Position numbers and translations under genes: made by a program. Below are positions 9,645 to 19,376 of a stretch of 41,460 bases of DNA, piece after piece. Source of the stretch: Planctomycetia bacterium (GTDB lineage Bacteria; Planctomycetota; Planctomycetia; Pirellulales; UBA1268); assembly GCA_009922585.1 (NCBI GenBank), contig RFVE01000003.1, forward strand, positions 1 to 41,460, read 5' to 3'. The notes under the pieces are model-generated. The model ran no database searches, was not told the origin of the DNA, and was given only the letters and a program-made list of their open reading frames with translations. Numbering within the stretch: the first letter of the stretch is position 1; each line of letters begins with the position of its first letter.

Positions 9645-9829
9645 GGCTGGGCTGAAATTGGCCGGGGAAATTCGCCGGCGGTACGGCGGGCTTGAATCGT
9701 AGCAGACTGCCGAAAATGTCTGCCATTGACGCGGCTGAAAAACGCCCTGCTCGACCGGCGGGAACCGTCAGGGCCGAGACCGGTTCTCGTGTTCTTGGCA
9801 GAGTCACAATGATACGGCAGACGGCCAAC

Positions 9830-9838
9830 TGCTATGAT
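9830..9838 (+). promoter_or_regulatory. Extended -10 promoter element upstream of mcsA
   Basis: TGCTATGAT (TGn + TATGAT) about 60 nt before the mcsA ATG. Confidence 0.4.
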
Positions 9839-9897
9839 ATTTCGGGCGGGCTGTCGAGCCTGCCCAATGTTTCTTGATTCCTTCCGTGAGGCGGTTG

Positions 9898-10467
9898 ATG
9901 CGTTGCCAGCAGTGCGACAAGCAAGCGATGTTCCATATCACCGAGCTTGAAACGGGTGAGGTGAGAGAGGTTCACCTCTGTGAAGATCATGCCCGGAGCT
10001 ACCTGAATCAGTCGGAGGGTGCATCCCAGCCTTCGGAGTCGCCCGGTCCTCTTGGTGTGGCTCAGACAGCCGAGGAACTTTCCGAACTCGACCAGAAGGT
10101 CTGCGAGATGTGCGGCATCACCTTCTTTGAGTTTCGGAATCAGGGGCGGCTGGGCTGCCCGCACGACTACGTCCAGTTCGAACAGGAACTCGAGCCACTG
10201 ATTGCGAATATCCACGGTGCCGTTGAGCACACCGGCCGCAGGCCCCAGCGGGCAGCTGGCAGTGAACTGCCGGAGTCGACAGAGTCGCTGACCCGAGTCA
10301 TTGGGCTCCGGAAGGGCATTCGTGAAGCAGTTGAACAAGAGGAGTATGAGCGGGCCGGGACACTTCGGGATGAAATCAACCAGGTTCTCGACAACTGGCA
10401 TGCCGAGCAGCAGACTGCCGACGGAACCGACTCTTCACAGCCCTCCGAGAGTCCTTCAAGCTCATGA
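9898..10467 (+). CDS. mcsA: McsA-like protein arginine kinase activator (UvrB/UvrC motif)
   Basis: CQQC, HLCEDH, CEMC, GRLGCPHDY, IHGAVEHTGRRP and UVR motif AVEQEEYERAGTLRDEI. Start at ATG 9898; ATGA overlap with mcsB. Confidence 0.9.
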   Translation: MRCQQCDKQAMFHITELETGEVREVHLCEDHARSYLNQSEGASQPSESPGPLGVAQTAEELSELDQKVCEMCGITFFEFRNQGRLGCPHDYVQFEQELEPLIANIHGAVEHTGRRPQRAAGSELPESTESLTRVIGLRKGIREAVEQEEYERAGTLRDEINQVLDNWHAEQQTADGTDSSQPSESPSSS

Positions 10468-11534
10468 TCAAGTTGGATTCACTCACGAACTCGATTGGCG
10501 AGTGGCTCAAGGGCACCGGGCCTGAGTCAGATATCGTCATGAGCAGCCGCGTTCGGCTCGCCCGGAATCTGGCTCAGTATCCCTTTGTGGGCCGGGCTTC
10601 TGACCAGGAGCGGGGTGAGGTTCAGCAGTTCCTCCGGAGCCGGCTGCTGCAGTTGCCCTCGCGGCTGTCGCTGGATTACGTCGACGTTGGCGGGCTGGGT
10701 GAACTCGACCGGCAGTTTTTGGTTGAGCGGCAACTGATCAGCCGGGAACATGCCGAGGCTGCCGGGTCGCGGGGCGTTGCCATCGATACTCATGAGCAGC
10801 TGAGTCTCATGATCAACGAGGAGGATCACCTGCGGATTCAATGTGTCCACAGTGGCCTCGACCTTGAGTCAGTCTGGCGACAAATCAGTGCGGTTGATGA
10901 CGAAATCGAGACCGTTGTGCCCTACGCATTTCATTCTCGCTGGGGATATCTCACCGCCTGTCCCACTAACGTTGGCACCGGAATCCGGGTCAGTGTGATG
11001 CTGCATCTTCCCGCCCTCGTGATCACCCGACAGATCGACAAGGTCTTTCGTAGCCTGCACAAGATCTCACTGGCAGTACGAGGTCTTTACGGCGAAGGCT
11101 CCCAGGCGTTTGGTGATTTTTATCAGATTTCAAATCAGACCACATTGGGGAAGACTGAGCAGGAACTGATCGCTCAGGTAGCTGACGTTGTGCCAGTGCT
11201 GATCGATTACGAACGCCGCGCCCGAGACTTTCTGGTGCGAGAGACTGAGCAGAACATTCACGATCAGGTTAGCCGGGCTTACGGCATCCTGCGGACTGCT
11301 CAGACGATTACGGCGGAAGAAACGATGCAGCTGTTGTCACGGGTTCGCATGGGCGTGCTACTTGGTCTGCTTGATGACGTCGATGTTTCTGATGTCAATC
11401 TGCTGCTGGTGCGGACGCAGCCCGCACATTTGCAAAAACTCCGCGGGGTAGAACTTGACACCAAGGACCGCAATATCGAGCGAGCGAGGTTCTTGCGGAA
11501 CTACTTCGAAACCGGTTCGGCTGAGGCCAACTGA
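10464..11534 (+). CDS. mcsB: Protein-arginine kinase McsB
   Basis: SSRVRLARN, INEEDHLRIQ, GYLTACPTNVGTG, VRGLYGEGS, YQISNQTTLG, QPAHLQ. Confidence 0.96.
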   Translation: MIKLDSLTNSIGEWLKGTGPESDIVMSSRVRLARNLAQYPFVGRASDQERGEVQQFLRSRLLQLPSRLSLDYVDVGGLGELDRQFLVERQLISREHAEAAGSRGVAIDTHEQLSLMINEEDHLRIQCVHSGLDLESVWRQISAVDDEIETVVPYAFHSRWGYLTACPTNVGTGIRVSVMLHLPALVITRQIDKVFRSLHKISLAVRGLYGEGSQAFGDFYQISNQTTLGKTEQELIAQVADVVPVLIDYERRARDFLVRETEQNIHDQVSRAYGILRTAQTITAEETMQLLSRVRMGVLLGLLDDVDVSDVNLLLVRTQPAHLQKLRGVELDTKDRNIERARFLRNYFETGSAEAN

Positions 11535-11552
11535 CTACCGCAGGGTGATCCC

Positions 11553-12059
11553 TCATGCCCGCATGAGTTTCGTGCGCAGAGCATCCACCACTGGTGCGGG
11601 CACGAATTTCAGCAGTGCTTCATCGTCGGCCAGCGGAGTGATCTGCTTCAGCAACGATGAGGAAATGTGTGAATACTGGGCGTCGGCCATCAAGAAGACT
11701 GTTTCGATCTCCGGATCAAGCATGCGGTTGGCCAGTGTCATGGTGAATTCGGCCTCAATATCAGTGAGTGAACGGACACCTCGCAACACCACGTGTGCTC
11801 GCTGGTCGCGAACAAACGTCACGGAGAGTCCGTCAAACCGTTGTACGTCAACGTTGTCAAGCGGGGCAACGGCCGCTTCCACCAGCCGGACCCGCTCGTC
11901 TTGGTCAAACAAGGGATGCTTGTCGGGGTTAATCCCAACACCGACAACAATTCGGTCAAAAATCCGGCTGGCTCGGCTGATCACATCGAGATGTCCGAGG
12001 GTAACTGGGTCAAACGAACCGGTGTAGACGGCGGTTCGTCCCGTTGGCTGGTCTGACAC
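11553..12059 (-). CDS. coaD: Phosphopantetheine adenylyltransferase
   Basis: AVYTGSFDPVTLGHLDVI, LRGVRS, ETVFL, ISSS. Start placed at GTG 12059; the longer ORF extension is spurious. Confidence 0.95.
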   Translation of the reverse strand: MSDQPTGRTAVYTGSFDPVTLGHLDVISRASRIFDRIVVGVGINPDKHPLFDQDERVRLVEAAVAPLDNVDVQRFDGLSVTFVRDQRAHVVLRGVRSLTDIEAEFTMTLANRMLDPEIETVFLMADAQYSHISSSLLKQITPLADDEALLKFVPAPVVDALRTKLMRA

Positions 12060-12242
12060 AGGTGGAATCTCCGAAATTGGCGGTAGGGGGTAGACTTGCG
12101 GATAACCGGTTGGCTCAGCCGATCGCTGCCAGTATCGTATCGAACTCGTGGATGGCTCGCCCGTCCCAGAGGGCAGCCAGGCGGTCGTAACGCGTGGCCG
12201 CTGGGTTAGTGTCAGATTCCCCCTGGTTGGAGCAACCGCATC

Positions 12243-12431
12243 GTGTCGAAGGCCGTTCCGTTTATCGGCATGATCGTTTCCGGTATTGTCGGAATCATGT
12301 TTTTGGCCGATCTGGCAGCGGGCTTTCCGTTTCGACGAGTCAGCATTGCTGCCGACATCGGCTTCATTATCAGTAGCGCAATTCTTGCCTATCTCAGTTG
12401 GTCGCTGCAGATGAGCCGGCAGGAAGAGTAG
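12243..12431 (+). CDS. Small two-helix membrane protein (planctomycete-type)
   Basis: 62 aa with two hydrophobic segments around DLAAGFPFRR; GGAG upstream of the GTG start. Confidence 0.7.
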   Translation: MSKAVPFIGMIVSGIVGIMFLADLAAGFPFRRVSIAADIGFIISSAILAYLSWSLQMSRQEE

Positions 12432-12447
12432 CGTGAATCGCGGGAGT

Positions 12448-13140
12448 TCAGGCTGCCCGCAGGATCGAACTCGGTGCCTGCGAACTTCTCCTCCCACAGA
12501 CAAGGCCCGGTAGTTCCTCCAGCTTTGGCACGATCAGCCTGCCGGAGGCGACCTGCTTCTTGACGCGGGCTAACAGGCTTTTTAGCCGCCGGCTCTCGAA
12601 GCTGCCCGTCGGAGTGGCAGCATCGATGGCAGCGAGCGCTCCCGGGCTGAGTCGCGGAATTGCTGATTGCTGAAAAAACTTTGCCCGCCACGATTTCGCG
12701 GTCGGATTATGACGTAGCAACTCCCAGAGCCCCCATTGCACACTGCGACAGGGCCAGCCCGCCGGTGCGGGCCGGCGTGGCCGCCCCGCGACGCTGAATC
12801 GCGATGTCAAGACGACGGCAATCCCCTCCTCCACCAAGAGATCAGGCTGGGGAACTCCCATTTCGCGCTCGATTACTGCGGCTCGGAGTTGTGGGACAGC
12901 CTGCCGTGCGGCCCGTAGGACACTTCGTAGTTCCCGGCGTGAACTGGCCGTTGCGGGGTCGATGAGAATCGCTGACGGTTGCTCTGAATGGGGCCACGCC
13001 CCGAGTTGATGAAGCGAGCCGTACCACGAGATGGTGGGTGACGGACGATTGGAATCGATGGTGACTGCCAACGAAAAATCACGGCTGGCGGGCAGTGGCG
13101 CGCACAAAATGCAGATGGCCGGCTGGTCGGGTGTCCCCAC
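12448..13140 (-). CDS. Hypothetical protein, possibly a degenerate polysaccharide-deacetylase-like fold
   Basis: GGAGGA 5 nt before the GTG start; fills the gap downstream of cobA-hemD; no catalytic motif recognised. Confidence 0.5.
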   Translation of the reverse strand: MGTPDQPAICILCAPLPASRDFSLAVTIDSNRPSPTISWYGSLHQLGAWPHSEQPSAILIDPATASSRRELRSVLRAARQAVPQLRAAVIEREMGVPQPDLLVEEGIAVVLTSRFSVAGRPRRPAPAGWPCRSVQWGLWELLRHNPTAKSWRAKFFQQSAIPRLSPGALAAIDAATPTGSFESRRLKSLLARVKKQVASGRLIVPKLEELPGLVCGRRSSQAPSSILRAA

Positions 13141-13353
13141 TGAATTCCTCCGAATGATTTGTCCGCTTGAGCGAACGTCGGCTCCGTTTTACGAACCTGT
13201 TAGTGGCCCGTTGACCATGCCCATGCTCGGGGGTGGATTCAGCCGTCGGCCGGTGGACACTCGACAAAACGTGTGCTGGAAATCGGGCACTGGTTTTTCC
13301 AATGCACTGACCGAAACCATCATCAACGGTATCGGCGGTCGGCTGGCGATGCT

Positions 13354-14997
13354 TCAACCTGTTCCCGATTCTGGCGGTCTGACCGCCGTAGGCTTTTCCC
13401 GATCGGTGCTCTTTGCCCGACTCGCCGGGGCCGACGAGGCTTGATGATGGGCCTCGATTGCCGCCAGTAGGGAGGTTGTGGTGGCCTCGTCAGCCTCGAC
13501 GGTCGGCGGAAAGCCAGCCGCAATCAAGGTCGCCGAAGTGACCGGTGAAATGCTGGCAATTTTCCAGCTTTTGAGCTGGTCTCCCAGTAGCTGAGCCGCC
13601 GCCGTTGCGATCGAGGAACTCGTCAAAACGATCCAGTCACAGGGAAATTGCTGCAGCGTTCGTTGTGCCTCTGAGTCGATGGTCGGGACCGGTCGGCTGG
13701 AATAGGCGGCCACTTGTTCGACCCGGTGGCCTCGAGCTTCAAGTTCCTGCCGAAGGATATCTCGGCCTCTGTCGGCTCTGACCAGCAGGAAGCGTCCCTG
13801 CGGCACCGAATCACCAATCGCTTCGAGAACTCCCTCAGACCGGTAACAGCCAGGCATCAGGTCGCAGGTAAGGCCACAGGCTTCCAGTGCTTCGCGCGTT
13901 GCTGGTCCAATCGCCGCCAGCCGGGCGGTTCCCAATGCCCGGGCGTCACGGCCGCTGTTCCGCAGGTACGAATGGAAGGCCCGTACTCCGTTGATGCTGG
14001 CGAAGATAATCCAGTCAAACGACCAGGCAGACGCGATGGCTGCCTCAACTGCTGCCGGCTCGGGGGCGGGGCCGATCTCAATGAGTGGTAAATGAACCGC
14101 TTCCCCACCACGTCGACTGATTGCGTCGATGAGTTGATCCCCCTGGCCGGCTGGCCGCGCGATCAGCAGGCGAGTGCCTGCCAGTGGCCCATGACCGGCA
14201 ACCGGTCGGCCAGCCGAGCGGCTGCCGATGATGGCGATGGCGGGTGCTGGGAGGGCGGCGTCGCGAATGGCCGTCGCACATTCGGCGAGGGTTGTCGCAA
14301 CGATTTGCTGGTCAGCCCAACTGCAACGGCTGACGAGCGTGACCGGTGTGTCGGGCGGTCGGCCGGCTCGCAGGAAGGCCTCGGACCAGTGGGGCGACTG
14401 CTCAACCCCCATGTAGATCACGATCGTACCGGTGACTGCAGCGAGGCTGCTGTAGTCGATCGCCTCTTGTTTCGTGGCTGCTTCATGGCCGGTCACGATT
14501 GTCAGACTCGAAGCGGTCTCCCGCGAGGTCAAGGGGACTGCGGCGGAGGCCGCCGCAGCCGTCGCAGCGGTCACCCCCGGGACGATCTCGAACGGAATAT
14601 TCCGCTCGGTGAGGGGTTCAAGTTCTTCACTAAGTCGGGCAAAGACCGTGGGATCACCGCCCTTGAGCCTGACCACAACCCGTCCCGGAGTGGCGAGGTC
14701 GGCCAGCCAGCTGCCAATCTGCCTGCCGGGATCACTGGTGGAGCGGTTGCCACTGAGCAGACGGGAGATCGGCAGGCAGGGGCTGCCAGTGAGTTGGAGC
14801 ACAGCTTGTGGAACAAGCTGATCATGCACAACGACATCAGCTGTCTTCAGACGGTTGATTGCCCGTGTGGTCAAGAGGTCCGGCTCTCCTGGTCCGGCGC
14901 CAACAAAAATCACCTGGCCCGGCGGGGGGTGGTGACCCGCTGGCAACGGCACGGCCAGCGAATGAGAGCTCGGCTGCTCAGACGGGGATTCGTTCAT
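13354..14997 (-). CDS. cobA: Uroporphyrinogen-III C-methyltransferase / uroporphyrinogen-III synthase fusion (CobA-HemD)
   Basis: VGAGPGEPDLLT, VVRLKGGDP and VPGVTAA (methyltransferase), followed by WIIFASINGV, AIGPAT and LTSSS (HemD). Start estimated at ATG 14997. Confidence 0.92.
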   Translation of the reverse strand: MNESPSEQPSSHSLAVPLPAGHHPPPGQVIFVGAGPGEPDLLTTRAINRLKTADVVVHDQLVPQAVLQLTGSPCLPISRLLSGNRSTSDPGRQIGSWLADLATPGRVVVRLKGGDPTVFARLSEELEPLTERNIPFEIVPGVTAATAAAASAAVPLTSRETASSLTIVTGHEAATKQEAIDYSSLAAVTGTIVIYMGVEQSPHWSEAFLRAGRPPDTPVTLVSRCSWADQQIVATTLAECATAIRDAALPAPAIAIIGSRSAGRPVAGHGPLAGTRLLIARPAGQGDQLIDAISRRGGEAVHLPLIEIGPAPEPAAVEAAIASAWSFDWIIFASINGVRAFHSYLRNSGRDARALGTARLAAIGPATREALEACGLTCDLMPGCYRSEGVLEAIGDSVPQGRFLLVRADRGRDILRQELEARGHRVEQVAAYSSRPVPTIDSEAQRTLQQFPCDWIVLTSSSIATAAAQLLGDQLKSWKIASISPVTSATLIAAGFPPTVEADEATTTSLLAAIEAHHQASSAPASRAKSTDREKPTAVRPPESGTG

Positions 14998-15181
14998 ACA
15001 GGGCATTTCCGGGCTACGACTCCGGGAGACTGTCGCCGGATGCACGCATATTTTCTCACCCCTTTACTCCGCCACAAGGGCTGCAACTGGGGGGCAGACA
15101 ACGACACTGTTTTGGTAAGATAGGGCATCAGACTGCAGCAGTTCAGCCAGCGATTTCCTTTTTCCGGTCGACCGGGGACGC

Positions 15182-16488
15182 ATGTCAGACAAACCAGCAG
15201 ACAAACCTTCTTCGGCGGCTCCTCGCCCATTTCGCCGCATGCCGCTCAGCCCTGCTGAGCGGAGCCGCCTCTCAAAGTGCTTTGCCACCGGCAACGACAA
15301 TCTGAAAAGGGATAATTACGACTACGCGATTGAACTGTTCACGGTCTGTGTCAGCGGCGATCCAGGCAGTGCGCCGTATTTGCAGGGCCTACTGGAGGCA
15401 CTTGCGAAAAAGCAGGCGGGGAAAAAAGCCGGTGGCTTGTCTTCGCTGTTGGCGGCCGGCAGCAGAGGAAGTCTGAAGCGGTTGATTGCCGCAGGAAAAC
15501 CCGCGGAGGCAATCAAAGCAGGCCTTGAGATCCTAAAAAAAAATCCTGCCGATACGTCCTGCCTGCTTGGACTGGCGGATGCCTGCGAGTCAATGAGCTG
15601 TATCGAAACTGAGGGGCTGTTCCTGAGACGAGCACTCGATCTTGCGCCTCGTGAGCCGGCGGTCAACAAGCAATGTGCCGCCTACATGGAGCGGCTAGGC
15701 CAATTCAATCAGGCGATAGCCTGCTGGCAGCGGATTGCTGAACATAAGTCAGTCAAGGAAGAAGCCCAGCGGGAAATAGCTCGGCTGAGCGTTGCGAAGA
15801 CCCGCCACGACCTTGATAACCGTGGCAGCAAGTCGCAGCAATCCGTTGAGCAATCACCGGTGGAGGCCTTGCGTAAACGGCTGGCCGAAACACCAGCCGA
15901 TACAGAGGCCGCCTTTGAACTGGCTGATTTGCTCGAAAGGGAGTCGATGGTCGCAGAGGCCGAAAAGGTGCTCAACGATGTCCTGGCTGCATCGGGGAAT
16001 GACCTCAAGGTGCGGGAGCATCTTGAGGACAGGCAGCTCCGCTGGGCCAAACGAAAGGTGCTGCTCGCAGAGAAACAGCTTCAGTCGGAGGACACCCCAG
16101 GGCACCGCGAGAATCTCGCCCAGTTGCGGCAGACGCTGCTCAAGCAGGAGATCGATGTCTATGCTGCCCGAAGTGATCGGTATCCGGAAAACGCTGCGTG
16201 GAAATACGAACTCGCCCTCCGCCTAAAAACAGCCGGCAGCTATGCCGAGGCGATCAAACAGTTTCAAGGCGTATTGCTCGATGCCCGTCGCAAGGGGGTA
16301 GTCGCTCTCGAGTTGGGTGAGTGCTTTCAAAAGATAAAGCAATACCCGTTGGCGATGCGGAATTATCAGACCGCCCTCGAGCATTTGGGGGATCGTGACT
16401 TGGAACTCCGCAAGCGAGCCCTCTACCGGGCGGGGGCTATCGGGATGTGGCAGCGAGGCTCGAAAAACTGGCCGCGGATGCGGTTTGA
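15182..16488 (+). CDS. TPR-repeat protein with an apparent frameshift or deletion near the 3' end (possible pseudogene or assembly error)
   Basis: Helical TPR repeats (YDYAIELF, FNQAIACW, YAEAIKQF, LGECFQKIKQY). After LYRAG (16435) the frame loses protein-like character and runs into rpsT, while the -1 frame reads GYRDVAARLEKLAADAV-stop (16435-16488). Confidence 0.7.
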
Positions 16489-16619
16489 AGACCTCTCGTC
16501 TGCCGCTAGCGGACTGGCTCAGGGTGGGGTATATTCTACGAGCTTATTCTCCGCGAAGTCGCCCAATTGCCGCGGGGCCGTAGAACCAGCCAACGGAATA
16601 CCACGACAGGAAAACCATC

Positions 16620-16898
16620 ATGCCACACTCAGCGAGTGCCAAGAAACGGCTGCGGCAGAACATCCGCAGTCGGGACCGAAATCGGGCAACGAAATCGGCC
16701 ATCAAGACCTCAATTCGTAAGGTACTTGAGGCGATTGCCGAGAAGGACATTCCTGCAGCCCGAGAGCACTTTCGTACGGTAGCCAAGAAAGCTGACCGTG
16801 CTGCCTCGGCCAATACCATTCACCGGAACAAGGCGGCCCGAATCAAGTCGCGGCTGTCGGCTCGGATTCTGAAGGCCACGCAGTCATCAGCCAGCTGA
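16620..16898 (+). CDS. rpsT: 30S ribosomal protein S20
   Basis: MPHSASAKKRLRQ...RNRATKSAIKT...DRAAS..IHRNKAARIKSRL. Confidence 0.97.
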   Translation: MPHSASAKKRLRQNIRSRDRNRATKSAIKTSIRKVLEAIAEKDIPAAREHFRTVAKKADRAASANTIHRNKAARIKSRLSARILKATQSSAS

Positions 16899-16916
16899 AC
16901 GATCTGCGGTGATCTT

Positions 16917-17786
16917 TTAGTCGATCGCATCCCAGGCAATTGATGCGCCGTTAAACACCGGCCCCTCCATGCAGGTTCGGCGGTAATCCCAGCCACCCTG
17001 CTGGTCGCGGACCGGGGCGACGCAACTGAAGCAGATGCCAATGCCGCAGGCCATCGGTGTTTCGAGTGAGACCTGACAGCTGATGCTCCGTTGGGCTGCC
17101 CAGGCGGAAACGGCAGCCATCATCGGCTCTGGGCCGCAGCAGGCGATGGCCGTTCGATGTCCGTCGGTTACCTGGCCCTGACCCCTCAGGTGATCGAGCA
17201 GGTCGATGACGGTGCCCCTGACCCCTGCCGAACCGTCGAGGGTCGCCAGTTCAATCGCCATGCCGGCATGGTGGAAGTCTTCGGGATGGCCAAAGAGACT
17301 GCCGTGGCGGGCCCCCCAGCAGAAGCTCACCCGGCCAGTTGGATGTTCTGCCAGCCATGCTCGCCCAAGCATCAGCAGGGCCGTCTGCCCAATACCGCCA
17401 GCAACCAGCAGCAGATGCTCTGCCTGAGGAAGCTGAAACCCGTTACCGAGGGGGCCCCATACCATGAGTTTCTCTCCGACCTGCAGGGTAGCTGCTGCCG
17501 TCGTGAACTTGCCAGCAACCGCGTATACGAAGTCGGCATAGCGAAGCGGCACGGCGTGAGCGGTGCCGGTGGCTGGTAGCCAGCAAGTCGGAGCATCGAG
17601 TGGCCCGAAGGTGTCGTAGACCGCCAGCGGACGGGCCAAGAGTGGATCGTGCCGGTCGGGGATGCGCACCATGGCGAACTGTCCCGGCCGGGCGGCCGCC
17701 GCCAGGGCGGGACAGTCCAGCCGCAGCCGCCAGGTCGCCTCGGCAATCTGCTCGTGGGCAACGATCGGGGCGAGGCTCATTTCCAT
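16917..17786 (-). CDS. pyrK: Dihydroorotate dehydrogenase electron transfer subunit
   Basis: PGQFAM, RPLAV, GPLGNGF, AGGIG, CGPEPM and the 2Fe-2S motif MACGIGICFSC...TCMEGPVF. Confidence 0.9.
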   Translation of the reverse strand: MEMSLAPIVAHEQIAEATWRLRLDCPALAAAARPGQFAMVRIPDRHDPLLARPLAVYDTFGPLDAPTCWLPATGTAHAVPLRYADFVYAVAGKFTTAAATLQVGEKLMVWGPLGNGFQLPQAEHLLLVAGGIGQTALLMLGRAWLAEHPTGRVSFCWGARHGSLFGHPEDFHHAGMAIELATLDGSAGVRGTVIDLLDHLRGQGQVTDGHRTAIACCGPEPMMAAVSAWAAQRSISCQVSLETPMACGIGICFSCVAPVRDQQGGWDYRRTCMEGPVFNGASIAWDAID

Positions 17787-17860
17787 TTCATGTCCTCAGT
17801 GGTGGTGGTTGAGCAGACTGGGGAAAAAGTCAATGGATCGGTCAATTGATGTGTAGGGAC

Positions 17861-18892
17861 TCAGCCAGAGGAGCCGCGTCGGCCTGCCTTCCGCCAGGTC
17901 GAGGCCTTGCCAGGACGCTTGCGGGGCGTGGTCGGTTGCCGGCCTTGCGGCGCCGATCGCCGGCCTGCACTGGTGCCACGCGGGCCACCCTGACGGCCAC
18001 CGCGCTGGGCCAGTCGACGGTTTTGCGGGGCCGGCCGCGGTCGGTCGTTTGCGCCAGCCGCTGCCGCTTCGCGGCGGAGCTTTTCAATGTCCTCCCAGCT
18101 CAGTCGCCGCCATTGGCCTGGCAGTAGATTCCCGAGGCTGAGTTCACCTACTGCAATTCGTTTAAGCTGCTGAACCTTGTGGCCGAGGGCGGCGAGCATC
18201 CGTCTAATTTCCCTGTTGCGGCCCTCGTCAAGCACCATCTCAAGTACGGTGCTCTGCTTGTGCTGTGACCGGACCGTGACCCGTTTGGCGTGGACGGTCG
18301 CCTCGGAGAGGGCAATCCCCTGCCGCAGCTGGTCAAGTGTTTCAGCATTTGGAACACCCGCCACCTGCACCAGGTATCGCTTTTCGACGCCATACCGAGG
18401 GTGGGTCAGGAGGTTGGCCAGTTCGCCGTCGTTGGTGACAAGGATCAGGCCCTCACTGGTGCGGTCGAGTCGGCCGACGGGAAAGAGCCGCTGGTCAGGG
18501 GGCACGAGATCGATCACTCTGGGCCGGCCGGTCGGGTCATAGTTCGTACTGACAACGCCGACAGGCTTGTACACCAGATAGACCACCCGTTTTGGGTTCG
18601 GCAGCGGCTCGCCATCGACCCGAATCTGCTGCTTCAATGGATCAACGCGTATGCCGAGCGTGGAGGCAACCTCTCGATCAACCTCTACCCGGCCAGCGGT
18701 GATCAACTCTTCGCAGGCCCGTCGGCTGCCAATGCCAGCCGCTGCCAGCACTTTCTGCAGTCGCTCAAGTCCGTCATCGTCTCCGGCTCGGCCGGCGGGA
18801 CGCGATGGCCTGGTGACGGCAGCCGGTCGGGCTGGTTTTCGTGTGGGGCGGTTGGGGCGGGAGGTTTGCTGGCGGCGGGGACGGGGTGGCAC
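17861..18892 (-). CDS. rluB: rRNA pseudouridine synthase, RluB/RsuA family with S4 domain
   Basis: ERLQKVLAAAGIGSRR (S4), YKPVG, FPVGRLDRTSEGL, HPRYGVEKRY, EGRNREIRRM; Arg-rich tails. Start estimated at GTG 18892. Confidence 0.88.
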   Translation of the reverse strand: MPPRPRRQQTSRPNRPTRKPARPAAVTRPSRPAGRAGDDDGLERLQKVLAAAGIGSRRACEELITAGRVEVDREVASTLGIRVDPLKQQIRVDGEPLPNPKRVVYLVYKPVGVVSTNYDPTGRPRVIDLVPPDQRLFPVGRLDRTSEGLILVTNDGELANLLTHPRYGVEKRYLVQVAGVPNAETLDQLRQGIALSEATVHAKRVTVRSQHKQSTVLEMVLDEGRNREIRRMLAALGHKVQQLKRIAVGELSLGNLLPGQWRRLSWEDIEKLRREAAAAGANDRPRPAPQNRRLAQRGGRQGGPRGTSAGRRSAPQGRQPTTPRKRPGKASTWRKAGRRGSSG

Positions 18893-19004
18893 TGGTGTCG
18901 ATCTGGAAAAGAGAGTGTGGGGAGCGATGCAGGCTGGCCCGAGATGGCCGCCTGCAGACCACATTCTCGCATGAACCCAGGAAAAAGGTAGCCAGCGATT
19001 TGGA

Positions 19005-19262
19005 TCAGCGACCCTTGGCCCACCACCGCGACCGGGTGACCTCGGGAACTGGATCAGCAAAATCACGCGGCCGGGCCCCGTCCATCAGTGGCATCCGGAG
19101 GGCTGCAGGGGCAATATCATCCTGCAAGTACGGGTCAAACCGAACTGCGCGACGCCGCTGGGATATCGCCGGACCGGGTTCCAGCCAGTCGGGACGGCCG
19201 AGAGATGAGCAGCCGGCTGTCATCAGGCAGACGGCGACCATCAGGAACCGTGACGGGTGCAT
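19005..19262 (-). CDS. Small lipoprotein (planctomycete-type membrane or secreted protein)
   Basis: Signal peptide ending in lipobox MTAG-C, then PG..QR.RAVRFDPY and GARPRDF motifs. Start at ATG 19262. Confidence 0.7.
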   Translation of the reverse strand: MHPSRFLMVAVCLMTAGCSSLGRPDWLEPGPAISQRRRAVRFDPYLQDDIAPAALRMPLMDGARPRDFADPVPEVTRSRWWAKGR

Positions 19263-19376
19263 AAGAGATATTCCAGCAGGAGGATAGCCGCAGGGCTGCC
19301 GCGTCGGGGATCCTAGGCCCTCGCAGCCACTGGCCCAAGGCCGAAAATTTCCTCCGCTTGCCACGATCGGTCCGTT

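Noticed and set aside
12060-12503. Long N-terminal extensions of coaD, and likewise mutM, rluB, gltX, sodA and the hydroxyacid dehydrogenase, as possible fusions
   Set aside because: Artefacts of longest-ORF calling; conserved N-terminal motifs begin at downstream starts and the extensions overlap other genes or promoters.
13286-13302. sigma54-like GG-N10-GC site (minus strand TTGGAAAAACCAGTGC)
   Set aside because: Only the dinucleotides match; the TGGCAC and TTGC cores are poor, so it is expected by chance.
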